Source: an uncultured Candidatus Saccharibacteria bacterium (lineage in GTDB: Bacteria; Patescibacteriota; Saccharimonadia; CAILAD01; JADZBC01). From it: a stretch of DNA of 64,000 nucleotides. The notes under the pieces were generated by a model. It made no database searches, was not told where the DNA came from, and worked only from the letters and a program-made list of their open reading frames with translations. The DNA lies in the NCBI GenBank assembly GCA_964413715.1, contig CAYPSN010000003.1:1-64000 (forward strand), in the 5' to 3' direction. The position numbers and the translations under genes were made by a program. The first letter of the stretch is position 1. Each line of letters starts with the position of its first letter. Below, one piece after another: positions 20,981-31,798 of the stretch.

Positions 20981-21009
20981 ATAATAGCACAGCATAACAA
21001 TAATGTCAA
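20981..21009 (-). promoter_or_regulatory. sigma70-like TTGACA-17-TATTAT, minus strand
   Basis: consensus -35, exact spacer. Confidence 0.4.
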
Positions 21010-21022
21010 TAGCCTTTGACGA

Positions 21023-21655
21023 ATGGCGCAGTGTCTCTGCTATACTTCGGATATGAAGTGGGCAACATATGATTATGAACAGTCCATGAGGGCACAGGGA
21101 CTCTTCAATATAGCTGGTGCGGATGAGGTCGGCCGTGGCTGTTTGGCTGGTCCGCTGGTGGTGGGCATGGTGGTGCTGCCGGCAGACTGTGAATTACACG
21201 TGGCTGACTCCAAACTGCTGTCAGCAAAAAAACGCTTAGTTTTAGCCGAGCAGATTCGATCAGAGGCCGAATTCTGGTCGCTCGGCAGGGTGGAGCATAC
21301 TGAGATTGACGAACTAGGCTTGAGTGCAGCAATCACTTTAGCTTACTCACGAGCGCTTGAGGGGCTAAAAGTTATCCCAGATAGATTAGTTATTGATGGC
21401 CCAAATCGCATACTAGACCGAGATTTTGTAGAACCAATCGTCAAGGCCGACCAGAAGATTGCTTCCGTAGCGGCAGCGTCAATCCTTGCCAAAGTTGCTA
21501 GGGACGAATGGATGCAGGCACAAGCTACGTTGTATCCTGAGTATGGCTTTGCCACGAACGTGGGCTATGGGAGCGCTCAACACCTAGCAGCACTCAGACA
21601 ATATGGCCCGAGTCCGATTCACCGATTAAGCTTCAAGTTAAAGAGCCATGGTTAA
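21023..21655 (+). CDS. rnhB: ribonuclease HII
   Basis: IAGADEVGRGCLAGPLVV active-site motif; the true start is probably internal (M11 or M22). Confidence 0.85.
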   Translation: MAQCLCYTSDMKWATYDYEQSMRAQGLFNIAGADEVGRGCLAGPLVVGMVVLPADCELHVADSKLLSAKKRLVLAEQIRSEAEFWSLGRVEHTEIDELGLSAAITLAYSRALEGLKVIPDRLVIDGPNRILDRDFVEPIVKADQKIASVAAASILAKVARDEWMQAQATLYPEYGFATNVGYGSAQHLAALRQYGPSPIHRLSFKLKSHG

Positions 21656-22010
21656 AAACACCACTGCAGTAGGGCATCGAGCCGAAGCATTAGCGGCAGA
21701 ATATCTGATGCAGAAGGGATACCGGCTGCTTGCGCGAAACGACCGAACTCGTTTTGCGGAGATCGATTTGATTATGCTGGGCCACGGCGAGATTCTATTC
21801 GTAGAAGTTAAGTACCGTAAAAGTGATAGATACGGTGGTGGCAGTGGTGCTATTACGCCTGATAAGCTACGCCGTTTGCGCAATGCTGCCGAAGCTTGGC
21901 TGGCGGAGCATGAGGATTACGCCGACCTTCAGCCCAGGATAGATGTCGTCACAGTTACTGGTTCGCTATCGGCGCCCCAGGTAGATCGCATTGAAAACAT
22001 AACGGCTTGA
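21648..22010 (+). CDS. YraN/UPF0102 family endonuclease
   Basis: about 120 aa; GEIDLI...VEVK motif; the conserved rnhB-yraN pairing. Confidence 0.75.
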   Translation: MVKNTTAVGHRAEALAAEYLMQKGYRLLARNDRTRFAEIDLIMLGHGEILFVEVKYRKSDRYGGGSGAITPDKLRRLRNAAEAWLAEHEDYADLQPRIDVVTVTGSLSAPQVDRIENITA

Positions 22011-22142
22011 CTGGAGTAAAGATTTTCGCTAGAATGAGTTTATTCTGATAGTTACTACTTCAGTCGGCACCTTGGCCGGCTTTTTTTGACCCCGCACCTG
22101 CGGTGGGTAGTGTTAACCCCTATCAAGAGAAAGGAGTCACTT

Positions 22143-23264
22143 ATGACAAATCAATTTATTTCTGCAATCGAGCAGATATGTGATGAAAAGGGCTTGAGCA
22201 AAGACATCGTACTCGAAGCAGTCGAACAAGCTCTGGCTGCTGCATACAAAAAAGACTACGGCGATCGCGACCAAGAAGTTCGCGTTGAACTTGACGCCAA
22301 CACAGGCGAACCACGTATATTCGTAAGCAAAGAAGTGGTGGAAGAGGTAGAAAACCCATTCTTGCAGATTAGTTTGGCTGACGCTCAAAAGCACAAAAAG
22401 GGCGCTAAGCTCGAAGACGTAATTGAATACGAAGAAGACAACAAAGACTTTGGTCGAGTTGCGGCACAGACTGCTAAGCAGGTTATCGTGCAGCGTATTC
22501 GCGAAGCTGAGCGCGAAGTGGTATTTACCGAGTATAGCGACAAAGAAGGTGTAATCCTTAATGCCGTCGTGCAGCGTGTAGAAGGCAATAATGTATTTGT
22601 TGACCTTGGTAAGGCTTCGGGCATTATGTTCCCAGCTGAACAGATTCGCGGCGAGCACTACTACCCAGGACAACGACTTAAGGTGTACATTGTGCGTGTC
22701 GAGCAAACTGCTCGTGGCCCACAGATCGTTGTGAGTCGTTCACACCCGGACATGATTCGTCGGTTGTTCGAAATGGAAGTACCAGAAATCGAAGCTGGTA
22801 CGGTGGAGATAATGGGTATTGCTCGCGAAGGTGGAGCACGTACCAAAATTGCCGTAAAGTCGAACGCTGATGGCGTAGATGCCGTAGGTACTTTTGTGGG
22901 TGGCCGTGGTGCGCGTGTGCAGGCAGTAATGGCTGATTTGGGTGAAGAAAAAATCGACATTATTCCTTTCAGCGAAGATCCAAAGCAATTTATCGCTGCG
23001 GCTCTAAGCCCTACGAAAGTATTGAATGTGGAACTTGACGAGGACGAGAAGAAGGCCGTTGTGAAAGTTCCAGAAGATCAGCTGTCATTAGCTATTGGTC
23101 GCCAGGGCCAGAACGTTCGTTTGGCTGCCAAGCTGACCGGTTGGAACGTCGACATCGACGGCGCAGACGATGCTGGCATTGAGGCCACTGCAGATGCTGC
23201 CGCAGGTGACGCTGAAGTTGCTGTCGAAGAAGGCGAAGCCACAGAGCCAAAAACCGACGCTTAA
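22143..23264 (+). CDS. nusA: transcription termination/antitermination factor NusA
   Basis: NusA N-terminal domain, S1 and two KH domains; GGAG RBS before the ATG at 22143; acidic C-terminus. Confidence 0.9.
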   Translation: MTNQFISAIEQICDEKGLSKDIVLEAVEQALAAAYKKDYGDRDQEVRVELDANTGEPRIFVSKEVVEEVENPFLQISLADAQKHKKGAKLEDVIEYEEDNKDFGRVAAQTAKQVIVQRIREAEREVVFTEYSDKEGVILNAVVQRVEGNNVFVDLGKASGIMFPAEQIRGEHYYPGQRLKVYIVRVEQTARGPQIVVSRSHPDMIRRLFEMEVPEIEAGTVEIMGIAREGGARTKIAVKSNADGVDAVGTFVGGRGARVQAVMADLGEEKIDIIPFSEDPKQFIAAALSPTKVLNVELDEDEKKAVVKVPEDQLSLAIGRQGQNVRLAAKLTGWNVDIDGADDAGIEATADAAAGDAEVAVEEGEATEPKTDA

Positions 23265-23303
23265 AATTAGCACTGTCAAGCCCCGAGTGCTAATTCCAGA
23301 TAT

Positions 23304-23332
23304 AAACCGTACGTATTTTGTACGGTTTTTTG
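23304..23332 (+). terminator. rho-independent terminator (aaaccgtac gtatttt gtacggttt + T-run)
   Basis: hairpin plus U-tract. Confidence 0.6.
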
Positions 23333-23378
23333 GTTAGCAATATGCTATAATGAATATAGTAATACAAGGAGTGAGTTG

Positions 23379-25856
23379 ATGTCTCCAGAATTTGATCGAT
23401 TTACCGAAAACGCCAAGCGTAGCCTGCAGAACGCTGGCGAACTGGCTATGGGCATGGGTGCAGCTTATGTCGGTACCGAGCATCTCTTGCTTGGTGTGCT
23501 CAAGCAGCAAACGTCAATTGGATCAAAAATTCTGACCGATATGGGGGTATCACTCGACAAACTCAATTTGGCCGCCGTACCAAATCTGCAAGCCTCGCAG
23601 TCTGGGGCAGTACCACAGGCGCTTAGCGCCACGGCCCGCAAGACCATTACCTTGGCACTTCGGGTGGCGCAGGAGTTCGGGCAGCCCTATGCTGGCACCG
23701 AACATTTACTCTTTGCAATTTTAGGCCAAGATAATGCGCGGGCGAATGTGTTGCTGCGCGGTATTAAAATCGACCCAGCTGATATTCGTGGTGAGCTGGA
23801 AAACTACCTTAGCGCCCAGTCGTATGCGTACGAAGAGCAGGCTGCGCGCCAGGGCAATAAGAAACAAAAGGGCAACAAAACTCCGATGCTCGATCATTTT
23901 GGTATTGATTTAACAGCGCGAGCAGCCTCGGCTGAGCTTGATCCTGTAGTAGGGCGTGAAAAACAAATTGATCGCATGATCGCGATTTTGAATCGCAGAA
24001 GCAAGAACAACCCAGTTTTGATTGGTGAGCCAGGCGTCGGGAAAACGGCGATTGTTGAAGGCCTCGCCCAGCGCATTGTGTCCGAACAAGTGCCAGAAAT
24101 GCTGCTTGGCAAGCGAGTCGTAATGCTTGATATGGCGAGCGTGATAGCAGGCACAAAGTACCGTGGTGAGTTCGAGGAAAGACTCAAGAAATTGATTGAA
24201 GAAGCCAAGACCCACAAAGAAGTGATTCTCTTCGTCGACGAGCTGCACACCGTAGTAGGGGCTGGTTCGGCCGAAGGTGCAATTGATGCTGCCAACATTC
24301 TTAAGCCAGCTTTGGCACGCGGCGAGGTCCAGACGATTGGTGCCACCACGCTCGAAGAGTATCGCAAACACATCGAAAAAGACACTGCTTTGGAGCGCAG
24401 ATTCCAGCCGGTTATCGTTCCTGAAACTACCGTTGAGGAAACGATTGATGTGCTTAAAGGCTTGCGTGCTCACTACGAAGAATTTCATAAGGTAGAAATT
24501 AGTGATGAAGCTCTAGAAGACGCGGCTAAGTTGGCTGCTCGATATGTGGCGGATCGGTTTATGCCAGACAAGGCAATTGACTTGGTGGACGAGGCTGCTT
24601 CACTTGCGCGGATTCGCAAGGGTGGAACGAGTAGGAAGCTCAAGGACTTACAAGCTAAACTCAGTAGTGTGATGGAGCAAATTGATGACGCTGTATACAA
24701 TCAAGATTTTGAATATGCGGCGCGCCTCAAGTCAGAAGCCAGTGTGCTCGAGCAAAAGATTTCGGCTCAACTTTCGAAGGACGAGCAGCAGGCTAAAATA
24801 ACCATTACTAGCGAAGACATTGCTGCAGTTGTGAGCCAGATGACAGGCGTTCCGCTTACCAAGCTCATTAAAACCGAGTCGGACAATTTGATTAAGCTAG
24901 AAAAAACTCTTCAGAAGCGCATTATTGGCCAAAACGAGGCAGTTAGTGCGGTTGCGCACGCGATTCGCCGTTCTCGCACTGGCATTGCAGACATTAATCG
25001 GCCAATTGGCTCATTTATGTTCTTGGGTCCCACTGGAGTTGGTAAAACCGAACTTGCGCGCACGTTGGCCGAAGAAGTCTTTCACGACAAAGACTCTTTG
25101 ATAAAGGTGGATATGAGCGAGTTCATGGAGCGGCATAATGTGGCACGTTTGGTCGGCGCGCCTGCCGGCTACGTTGGCTACGACGATGGTGGCCAGCTAA
25201 CGGAAAAAGTACGACGTAAACCATATAGCCTGATTCTATTCGATGAAATCGAGAAAGCCCATCCAGAAGTCTTCAACATGCTCTTGCAGGTGCTCGAGGA
25301 TGGATTCCTTACTGATGCTAAGGGTCGCAAAGTAGACTTTCGGAATACCATCATAATCATGACCTCTAACGTGGGCGCTAAGCTGCTGCACCAAGAGGCG
25401 GTGCTTGGTTTCGCTACCGAAACGGTAGAAGAGGAGCGCAAGCTCGAAGCCATGCATGATCGTATGGAAAAGACCATCCACACTGAACTTAAAAAGTCAT
25501 TCCGACCGGAGTTTTTAAATCGCGTTGACCACATTGTGATATTTCGGGCATTGTCCAAAGCAGACGTCCGATCAATTGTAGATCTACAGTTGCAGAATCT
25601 AGCGCAACGCTTGCTCGCCAAAGGCGTTGGTGTAAAGTTTTCGCGTAACCTCAAAGATCTTCTAATTGAAAAGGGCTATGAAGTAGAGCAGGGTGCCAGA
25701 CCATTACGCCGTGCTATACAGAGACTGGTTGAAGACCGGTTGGCGCTTGAAATGCTCGAAGGCAAAGTGAATGCTGGTGATAATGTGGTGATTTCTGCTC
25801 GTGCAGGCGAAGTACAGATCCGAACAAACAATGAGCAGAAGGCGGCTGCGGCTTGA
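23379..25856 (+). CDS. clpC: ATP-dependent Clp protease ATP-binding subunit ClpC-like (class III AAA+)
   Basis: duplicated Clp-N repeats, two Walker A motifs ([16 protein letters not shown]), UVR-like middle region. Confidence 0.85.
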   Translation: MSPEFDRFTENAKRSLQNAGELAMGMGAAYVGTEHLLLGVLKQQTSIGSKILTDMGVSLDKLNLAAVPNLQASQSGAVPQALSATARKTITLALRVAQEFGQPYAGTEHLLFAILGQDNARANVLLRGIKIDPADIRGELENYLSAQSYAYEEQAARQGNKKQKGNKTPMLDHFGIDLTARAASAELDPVVGREKQIDRMIAILNRRSKNNPVLIGEPGVGKTAIVEGLAQRIVSEQVPEMLLGKRVVMLDMASVIAGTKYRGEFEERLKKLIEEAKTHKEVILFVDELHTVVGAGSAEGAIDAANILKPALARGEVQTIGATTLEEYRKHIEKDTALERRFQPVIVPETTVEETIDVLKGLRAHYEEFHKVEISDEALEDAAKLAARYVADRFMPDKAIDLVDEAASLARIRKGGTSRKLKDLQAKLSSVMEQIDDAVYNQDFEYAARLKSEASVLEQKISAQLSKDEQQAKITITSEDIAAVVSQMTGVPLTKLIKTESDNLIKLEKTLQKRIIGQNEAVSAVAHAIRRSRTGIADINRPIGSFMFLGPTGVGKTELARTLAEEVFHDKDSLIKVDMSEFMERHNVARLVGAPAGYVGYDDGGQLTEKVRRKPYSLILFDEIEKAHPEVFNMLLQVLEDGFLTDAKGRKVDFRNTIIIMTSNVGAKLLHQEAVLGFATETVEEERKLEAMHDRMEKTIHTELKKSFRPEFLNRVDHIVIFRALSKADVRSIVDLQLQNLAQRLLAKGVGVKFSRNLKDLLIEKGYEVEQGARPLRRAIQRLVEDRLALEMLEGKVNAGDNVVISARAGEVQIRTNNEQKAAAA

Positions 25857-26455
25857 GAATAGCAGTTGATATTGATGAAGTATTGGCTCGTGGCTTGGCA
25901 ACCTACCTGAATTACTTCAACTCAACGTATAATACGAACTTTTCTGAAGCCGACTTCACGCCCAACAAAGGCTTTTGGGAAGTACTAGGTGTGGCCGAGG
26001 GGGACATTGACCAAATTAGCAAACACTACCGGGCGAGTCACCATTCGAAAGACTGGTTGCTTGTGCCTGGTGCGGTTGATGCGGTCACAGAGTTAGCAAA
26101 ACAGCATGAGTTAATTATCATCTCAAACCGCGAAGCAGCCGGTCATGAGCCAACCAGGCAATGGCTGAAGCGTAACTTTGGCGACGCATTTAGCAAGGTG
26201 ATTTTTACAAAAGCAGAAATGAAGAATGGAGAGCAGCCAACCAAGGCGTCGATATGTTTACGGGAAAAGGCAGATGTCTTACTAGAGGACGAAATTAAGG
26301 AGATTGTTGCTTGCAATGAGGAGGGCGTGCCGGTGGTAATATTTGAAACACGGTTGAATAAGGAAAAAGTACAGAATATGCCACACCGGGTGCACAGTTG
26401 GCAAGAGGCCCTAAACGAGCTTAAGGGATTACATCTACGGCACGATGTAGCCTGA
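25853..26455 (+). CDS. HAD-like 5'(3')-deoxyribonucleotidase family protein
   Basis: N-terminal DIDEVL (DxDxV/T-like) motif; size about 200 aa. Confidence 0.45.
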   Translation: MRIAVDIDEVLARGLATYLNYFNSTYNTNFSEADFTPNKGFWEVLGVAEGDIDQISKHYRASHHSKDWLLVPGAVDAVTELAKQHELIIISNREAAGHEPTRQWLKRNFGDAFSKVIFTKAEMKNGEQPTKASICLREKADVLLEDEIKEIVACNEEGVPVVIFETRLNKEKVQNMPHRVHSWQEALNELKGLHLRHDVA

Positions 26456-26507
26456 ACAATTGAAAAAGTAAGTTGTTCGCAAAATATTCGCATGCTATAC
26501 TGAGGAT

Positions 26508-27851
26508 ATGGCAAAACAAAGCGTACAATATGTTTGTGAGGCGTGCGGGGCGACATTTGCAAAATGGAGTGGCAAATGCCTGAACTGCGGTGCTTGGGAA
26601 ACGATTGTGGAAATTACAAACGCTCCGAGTGCGCCAGGGCAAACCAAGGTGGCGCGCATAAAGGCTTCGAAGTTGAGCGAGGTAAAAGCTGCCAAGCTTG
26701 ATCGGATCGAGGTTGGCATTGGCGAGGTAGACACGGTGTTGGGTGGTGGTGTTGTACCAGGGTCTCTTGTTCTTTTGGCGGGGGATCCTGGAATTGGCAA
26801 GTCGACTCTTGTGCTGCAGCTGGCGAGCAACATCTCGAAGGCTCACCGAATACTTTATGTGAGTGGAGAAGAATCCCCTTCACAAATAAAATTACGGGCG
26901 GATCGATTGCAGGGCGTGAATCTTGATTTTGATTTCTTGGCGTCTACGGACGCTGACCAAATACTTGCCCAAGCAGGCAGTGGTGAGTACGACATGATTA
27001 TCGTTGACTCAATTCAGACCATGGTCAGTAATGACGCAGTCTCTGCAATTAGTACGGTTGGGCAGATTACCAACATTACGGCCCGCATAATGAACGTGGC
27101 GAAAGCTAGCCATACCGCCTTTATCATTATTGGTCATGTTACAAAAGAGGGGAATGTAGCAGGGCCAAGAGTACTTGAGCATCTCGTGGACGCCGTCTTG
27201 TATTTAGAGGGCGAAAAATACGGCGCGCTTAAAGTGCTGCGGGCCAACAAGAATCGCTTCGGCTCGACTAGTGAAGTAGGAATTCTGGAAATGACCGACC
27301 ATGGTTTGTTGCCTGTCGATAACCCCTCGGCGATTCTTTTGGCCGAACGCCAGCAATTGCCCGGCTCGGTGGTGTTTGCGGCTATGGAGGGTAGTCGGCC
27401 GATTATGGTTGAAGTGCAGGCTCTTGTGGCGCCGTCGGTCTATGGCTACCCAAAGCGCACGGCTGTTGGTGTAGACATAAATCGACTTGGCTTATTAGCC
27501 GCTGTTATGACGAAACGAGGCGGCATTAATTTGAGCTCATCGGACATTTATGTTAATATTGTCGGAGGTCTTAAGATAAGTGAGCCTGCTGTTGACCTAG
27601 CAATTATTTTGGCGATTGCCTCCGCACACAAAGGAATTATTCTCCCCGCGGACTTAACTGCATTCGGCGAAGTTGGCCTAAGTGGTGAATTACGAACCGT
27701 AAGTTTTTCGCAAAGACGGCTTGAAGAAGCCAGTAAGCAAGGTTTTGCCTCGGCTATCGTTTCGCCACAAACCAAAGTAGACTCAACAAACAGTAATATT
27801 CTTCCGCTCAAAGTGAAGACTATTGCTGAAGCTATACAAAAAATTAAGTAA
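26508..27851 (+). CDS. radA: DNA repair protein RadA/Sms
   Basis: C4 zinc finger CEACG...CLNCG, RecA-like Walker A GDPGIGKST, Lon-like C-terminal domain. Confidence 0.9.
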   Translation: MAKQSVQYVCEACGATFAKWSGKCLNCGAWETIVEITNAPSAPGQTKVARIKASKLSEVKAAKLDRIEVGIGEVDTVLGGGVVPGSLVLLAGDPGIGKSTLVLQLASNISKAHRILYVSGEESPSQIKLRADRLQGVNLDFDFLASTDADQILAQAGSGEYDMIIVDSIQTMVSNDAVSAISTVGQITNITARIMNVAKASHTAFIIIGHVTKEGNVAGPRVLEHLVDAVLYLEGEKYGALKVLRANKNRFGSTSEVGILEMTDHGLLPVDNPSAILLAERQQLPGSVVFAAMEGSRPIMVEVQALVAPSVYGYPKRTAVGVDINRLGLLAAVMTKRGGINLSSSDIYVNIVGGLKISEPAVDLAIILAIASAHKGIILPADLTAFGEVGLSGELRTVSFSQRRLEEASKQGFASAIVSPQTKVDSTNSNILPLKVKTIAEAIQKIK

Positions 27852-27866
27852 GGAATTATTAATTCA

Positions 27867-28787
27867 ATGGATACAACTGTTCTTGTTGCGCTTGGGCTTA
27901 TCGTGATATTCGTTGTTGTGCTGGGCATTATGTTTCGCACGCAACAGCAATTTATGAGCCAATTTTTAGCACGTAATAATCGTCCGCAAAAAGCAAAGGC
28001 TGACAAGGCTGAAGCTCCTCAAAACAAACCCCAGGTGCTCGTTGATACGTCGGCGATTATCGATGGAAGAATTGCTGACATTATAAAAACCGGTTTTGTA
28101 CCAGGTAAATTGTTGGTACCACGTTTTGTGCTCGCTGAACTGCAAAACATCGCCGATAGCGATGATGCGATGCGCCGCGGTCGTGGGCGCCGAGGGCTCG
28201 AAATGCTTAATCTTATGCGGCAGGACCCAAATGTGGAACTCGACATTATCGAAGAAAACCCCGAAGACGTGAAGGAGGTTGATCACAAGTTGGTTTATCT
28301 GGCTAAAAAATATCAAACTAACATTCTCACAACTGATTACAATCTTAACCGCGTAGCAACAATTGATACGGTAAAGGTGCTGAATGTAAATGAGCTTGCT
28401 AATGCAATTCGTCCTGTTGTGTTGCCGGGAGAGGAGCTGACGGTCAAAGTAGTCCAGCCAGGCAAAGAAAAAGGCCAAGGCGTTGGCTACCTTGCCGACG
28501 GCACCATGATCGTAGTTGAGAATGGCGACAAGTTGATGGGGAAAGAAGTGACCACGGAGGTTACGCGCATATTCCAAACCGTAGCCGGGAAGATGATTTT
28601 TGCCGCAGAAAAAAGAGCTAATCAGACTCAATCGCATCGTCAGCACACGAAGCCGAAGGACCGACCAAAGCGCGATATTGCTACAGTAGCAAATCCAAAT
28701 GACAAACCATATCACGCTCGTCCGGCCAAACAGAATCAACCTAAGAAGCCTCAGAGTACTCAAGCGCCTCAGCCCAGCGATAAATAG
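27867..28787 (+). CDS. PIN/TRAM-domain protein (YacL-like)
   Basis: TM anchor, PIN (LVDTSAIIDGRI), TRAM-like beta domain, basic tail; conserved position after radA. Confidence 0.7.
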   Translation: MDTTVLVALGLIVIFVVVLGIMFRTQQQFMSQFLARNNRPQKAKADKAEAPQNKPQVLVDTSAIIDGRIADIIKTGFVPGKLLVPRFVLAELQNIADSDDAMRRGRGRRGLEMLNLMRQDPNVELDIIEENPEDVKEVDHKLVYLAKKYQTNILTTDYNLNRVATIDTVKVLNVNELANAIRPVVLPGEELTVKVVQPGKEKGQGVGYLADGTMIVVENGDKLMGKEVTTEVTRIFQTVAGKMIFAAEKRANQTQSHRQHTKPKDRPKRDIATVANPNDKPYHARPAKQNQPKKPQSTQAPQPSDK

Positions 28788-28804
28788 GTTGCTCCTTGTT
28801 AGTT

Positions 28805-28832
28805 AAAAACCCCTCTAGCATGAGGGGTTTTT
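28805..28832. terminator. bidirectional terminator (aaaaacccctc tagcat gaggggttttt)
   Basis: hairpin with flanking A-runs and T-runs. Confidence 0.6.
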
Positions 28833-28861
28833 AACTAAATGAGGAACCAAGACCAGGCCAG

Positions 28862-31702
28862 CTAGAACGTATCCTCGCCTGTTCCGCCATAGGTATTATC
28901 GGTTACCTTAACACTGGCAGGGGTGCCTGATGTCCACCCTGGACTTGATTGATACGGTGCGCTCGAGTCGGTGTTCTGGGCTATCGAGTTGTAGAAGAAT
29001 GCCGCAGTGTAATTGCCGCTACCACCACTGATACTGGCCGTACACCGGCCGCCAAAGGCAGGTGTACAGGTTAGTGATACCGTAGGCCCACCAACCGCGG
29101 CTACATTCGCCGAGTTACTCAGGCCATTGTAGAGCGCCGAGTCGATAACTTTCGCACTATATTGGTGCGATCCTGTTGAGCTAGGCTTGTGTTCGATACT
29201 ATACGAACCACTGCCGTTGATGTTTTGGCTGGAGATCTCGGTGCCGTCCATATAGAAGATGAGTCGGTTGGCAGGATAGCGTCCGCTGACGACATTTGCT
29301 GTGACGGTGAAGGTGCTACCAGTAGCTTTGTCGGTTGAGACGGTTACTGTAGGCTTGGTATCGCCACAACTGTGGACGTCGTCCTTTTCAGTCGGCAGAC
29401 TACCTCCACTCATGCCAAGTGATGCGGCAATCGCTGAAACGGGTGGTTGCCATCTGCTGTAAGAAATGTCTGTCGGTGGCACCTCGGCTGTAATGAGCCC
29501 GGCGCTAATGGTGTCGATTGCCTCTGGTGGCGTACACTCGGTGGCAAGTTTGCCAGACACACGATCGACTTTGGCTTGCTGCTCGCTACTTGGTGTTGGT
29601 GTTTTGTACCATGATGGGAATATGTCGGTTCTGGTTTTCTTGGTGCCCGGCGTTGGTGCTTTACCTGTGTTGGCGTCTAGGGTCACTTCTTTTATGCCGC
29701 TTGGGCGTTTAAATGAAGCTACGGGCGTGTTGCGAGTGACGGTTGATATATATGTCTGCCAAATTGGTGCCGCTACAATACTTGAAGCTTGGTTCATTGG
29801 GCGATTGTTGTTGTTGCCTGCCCATACCCCAACGACGACGTCTGGCGTATAGCCCATGGTCCAAGCGTCTTTAAAGTCATTGGTGGTACCGGTTTTGGCA
29901 GCGACGGGTCGGTTCGGCAGCGTCAATGGGTTGGCGCAAGGGAATGTACCCAGGCTACAGCGGGCTGAGTTGTCGGATAGAATGTTAGAAATTAAATAGG
30001 CAATTTGCTGGTCAATAACTTGCTTGCCTTTGTTCTCACTTGGCTTGTTTTCTTGCAGAACCTTGCCAGATGAATCGGTTACTTTTCGAATAGCTACTTG
30101 GTCGCGTTTACGACCTTCGGAGGCAAAGACAGAGTAGGCCTCGACCATTTCGGTGAGCTTTACTTCGCCACTTCCGAGGGTAAGTGAAAGGCCATAATCA
30201 TTTTTAGCATTGAGCGTGCTTATACCGAGGTCTTTGGCGGTGTCTAGGGCGTTATCGAGCCCTGCTAAGTAGAGCGCTTTGACAGCAGGGATATTAAGCG
30301 AGCTGGCTAATGCCTGGCGCACTGACACTACACCATAGGTTCTGAGGGTGTAGTTGGTTGGCTTATAGCCACCACCAAAATCAGTCACCGCATCATATAG
30401 TGTTGTGCCTGCGCCGTAGTTCTTCTTGAATAACGTCGAGTATACGATTGGTTTGAATGATGAGCCTGGTTGGCGTTGGGCGGTTGCTGCGTTGAAGCTA
30501 CCGAACTCTTGATCGCCGTAGTCGTAGCTACCTACCATGGCTTGAATTTCGCCAGTCTTTGGATCGGCTGCTACTAATGCGGCATTCGATCCGTTTGCGC
30601 GGCGAACGCCAGCCATGCCCTTGGCCACTGCATCCTCTGCAATTTTTTGTTTTTCAATGTCTAGGGTTGTTACGACCTTTAGGCCACCTTCGTTGACGCG
30701 TTTGATGCCATACTCGGCTTCGAGCTGCTCGCGAACATACTGTACGAAATGCGGAGCAGTGATATTTGCATAGGGCTGGTATGGTTTGAGTTGGGCTAGA
30801 ACGTCTTCTTTCTTGGCGGCATCAGCTTGGGCTTGTGTAATGTAGCCTTGCTCAGCCATGTTGTTAAGGACCCTATTCTGGCGCGCTAGCAGTGCAGTGC
30901 GATTCGGCCCGTAGGGTGAATAGTAGCTTGGTGCTTGAGGCATGGCAGCCAGCAGGGCGCTTTGCGATAAGGTAAGGTCTTTGGCGTCTTTGCCAAAATA
31001 GGTCTTTGAGGCTGCCTGGATACCATAGGCAGTTGAGCCGTACGGTATCTCGTTGAGGTAGAGCTTTAAGATGTCATCTTTCTTATAGAGCTGCTCGATT
31101 TCAATTGCCAGTATTAATTCTTTGATCTTGCGCGAGACGGACCGTTCGTCGGTCAGCAGGGCATTTTTAACATATTGCTGTGTGATGGTTGAACCGCCAC
31201 CGCGGTTCACGCCCAAGACAACGCCACTAAATGCTCGACCAATTGCCTGAATGCTGAATGCACCGTGTTTATAAAAGTCTTTATCTTCGATCGCAATGGT
31301 TGCATCCTTAATCGACTTCGGCATCTCATTGAATTCAATCAAGCTACGGTTTTTATCCCCGTATACTTCGAGTAGGAGCGTTTTGCCATCGCTAGCGTAA
31401 ATTTTGGTTGTTTGCGCGTTTAGACGTGCATTGATTTTATTAGGGCTTGGTAGGTCTTTTGAGATCCACAAGAACAGCAAAGCTACTACGCCAAGACCGA
31501 TGGCCGCGAGGGTTAGAATGGTTCGTCTGCCCTTAGGGGTTTTTGCCCACGCCCAAATATTACGGGGCTTGAGCTTGTCTAAGCCCTTAACTTGTTTGAG
31601 TTTCGTATTACCAGCAGTTGCCTTGATGCGGCTGTTGACTGGCGAAGAATCACGTAATCGAACCTTGCGACCTTTGGGGAGTTTTGGCATAAAATCCTTC
31701 AA
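28862..31702 (-). CDS. class A penicillin-binding protein (PBP1A-type transglycosylase/transpeptidase) with an approximately 300-aa C-terminal extension
   Basis: GT51 motifs (EDKDFYKHGAFS, GGSTITQQ); transpeptidase SSFKP, SLN and KTGT; Ser/Thr/Gly-rich C-terminus. Confidence 0.85.
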   Translation of the reverse strand: MKDFMPKLPKGRKVRLRDSSPVNSRIKATAGNTKLKQVKGLDKLKPRNIWAWAKTPKGRRTILTLAAIGLGVVALLFLWISKDLPSPNKINARLNAQTTKIYASDGKTLLLEVYGDKNRSLIEFNEMPKSIKDATIAIEDKDFYKHGAFSIQAIGRAFSGVVLGVNRGGGSTITQQYVKNALLTDERSVSRKIKELILAIEIEQLYKKDDILKLYLNEIPYGSTAYGIQAASKTYFGKDAKDLTLSQSALLAAMPQAPSYYSPYGPNRTALLARQNRVLNNMAEQGYITQAQADAAKKEDVLAQLKPYQPYANITAPHFVQYVREQLEAEYGIKRVNEGGLKVVTTLDIEKQKIAEDAVAKGMAGVRRANGSNAALVAADPKTGEIQAMVGSYDYGDQEFGSFNAATAQRQPGSSFKPIVYSTLFKKNYGAGTTLYDAVTDFGGGYKPTNYTLRTYGVVSVRQALASSLNIPAVKALYLAGLDNALDTAKDLGISTLNAKNDYGLSLTLGSGEVKLTEMVEAYSVFASEGRKRDQVAIRKVTDSSGKVLQENKPSENKGKQVIDQQIAYLISNILSDNSARCSLGTFPCANPLTLPNRPVAAKTGTTNDFKDAWTMGYTPDVVVGVWAGNNNNRPMNQASSIVAAPIWQTYISTVTRNTPVASFKRPSGIKEVTLDANTGKAPTPGTKKTRTDIFPSWYKTPTPSSEQQAKVDRVSGKLATECTPPEAIDTISAGLITAEVPPTDISYSRWQPPVSAIAASLGMSGGSLPTEKDDVHSCGDTKPTVTVSTDKATGSTFTVTANVVSGRYPANRLIFYMDGTEISSQNINGSGSYSIEHKPSSTGSHQYSAKVIDSALYNGLSNSANVAAVGGPTVSLTCTPAFGGRCTASISGGSGNYTAAFFYNSIAQNTDSSAPYQSSPGWTSGTPASVKVTDNTYGGTGEDTF

Positions 31703-31798
31703 TAATTACAACTGTTATTATACCACGTACCGCCTTTTTCAAGGCTGAATTTTTCGCAATATGCCACAGGGCAATTAAGGTGATATAATGCGAACTAT

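Noticed and set aside
18890-21000. Assigning the two GC-rich units to RNase P RNA or tmRNA
   Set aside because: I could not find the CR-I and CR-V pairing partners of RNase P, nor a tmRNA acceptor/T-arm with a tag ORF, on either strand. The only hint is a GAAAGUCC octamer, so no family is claimed.
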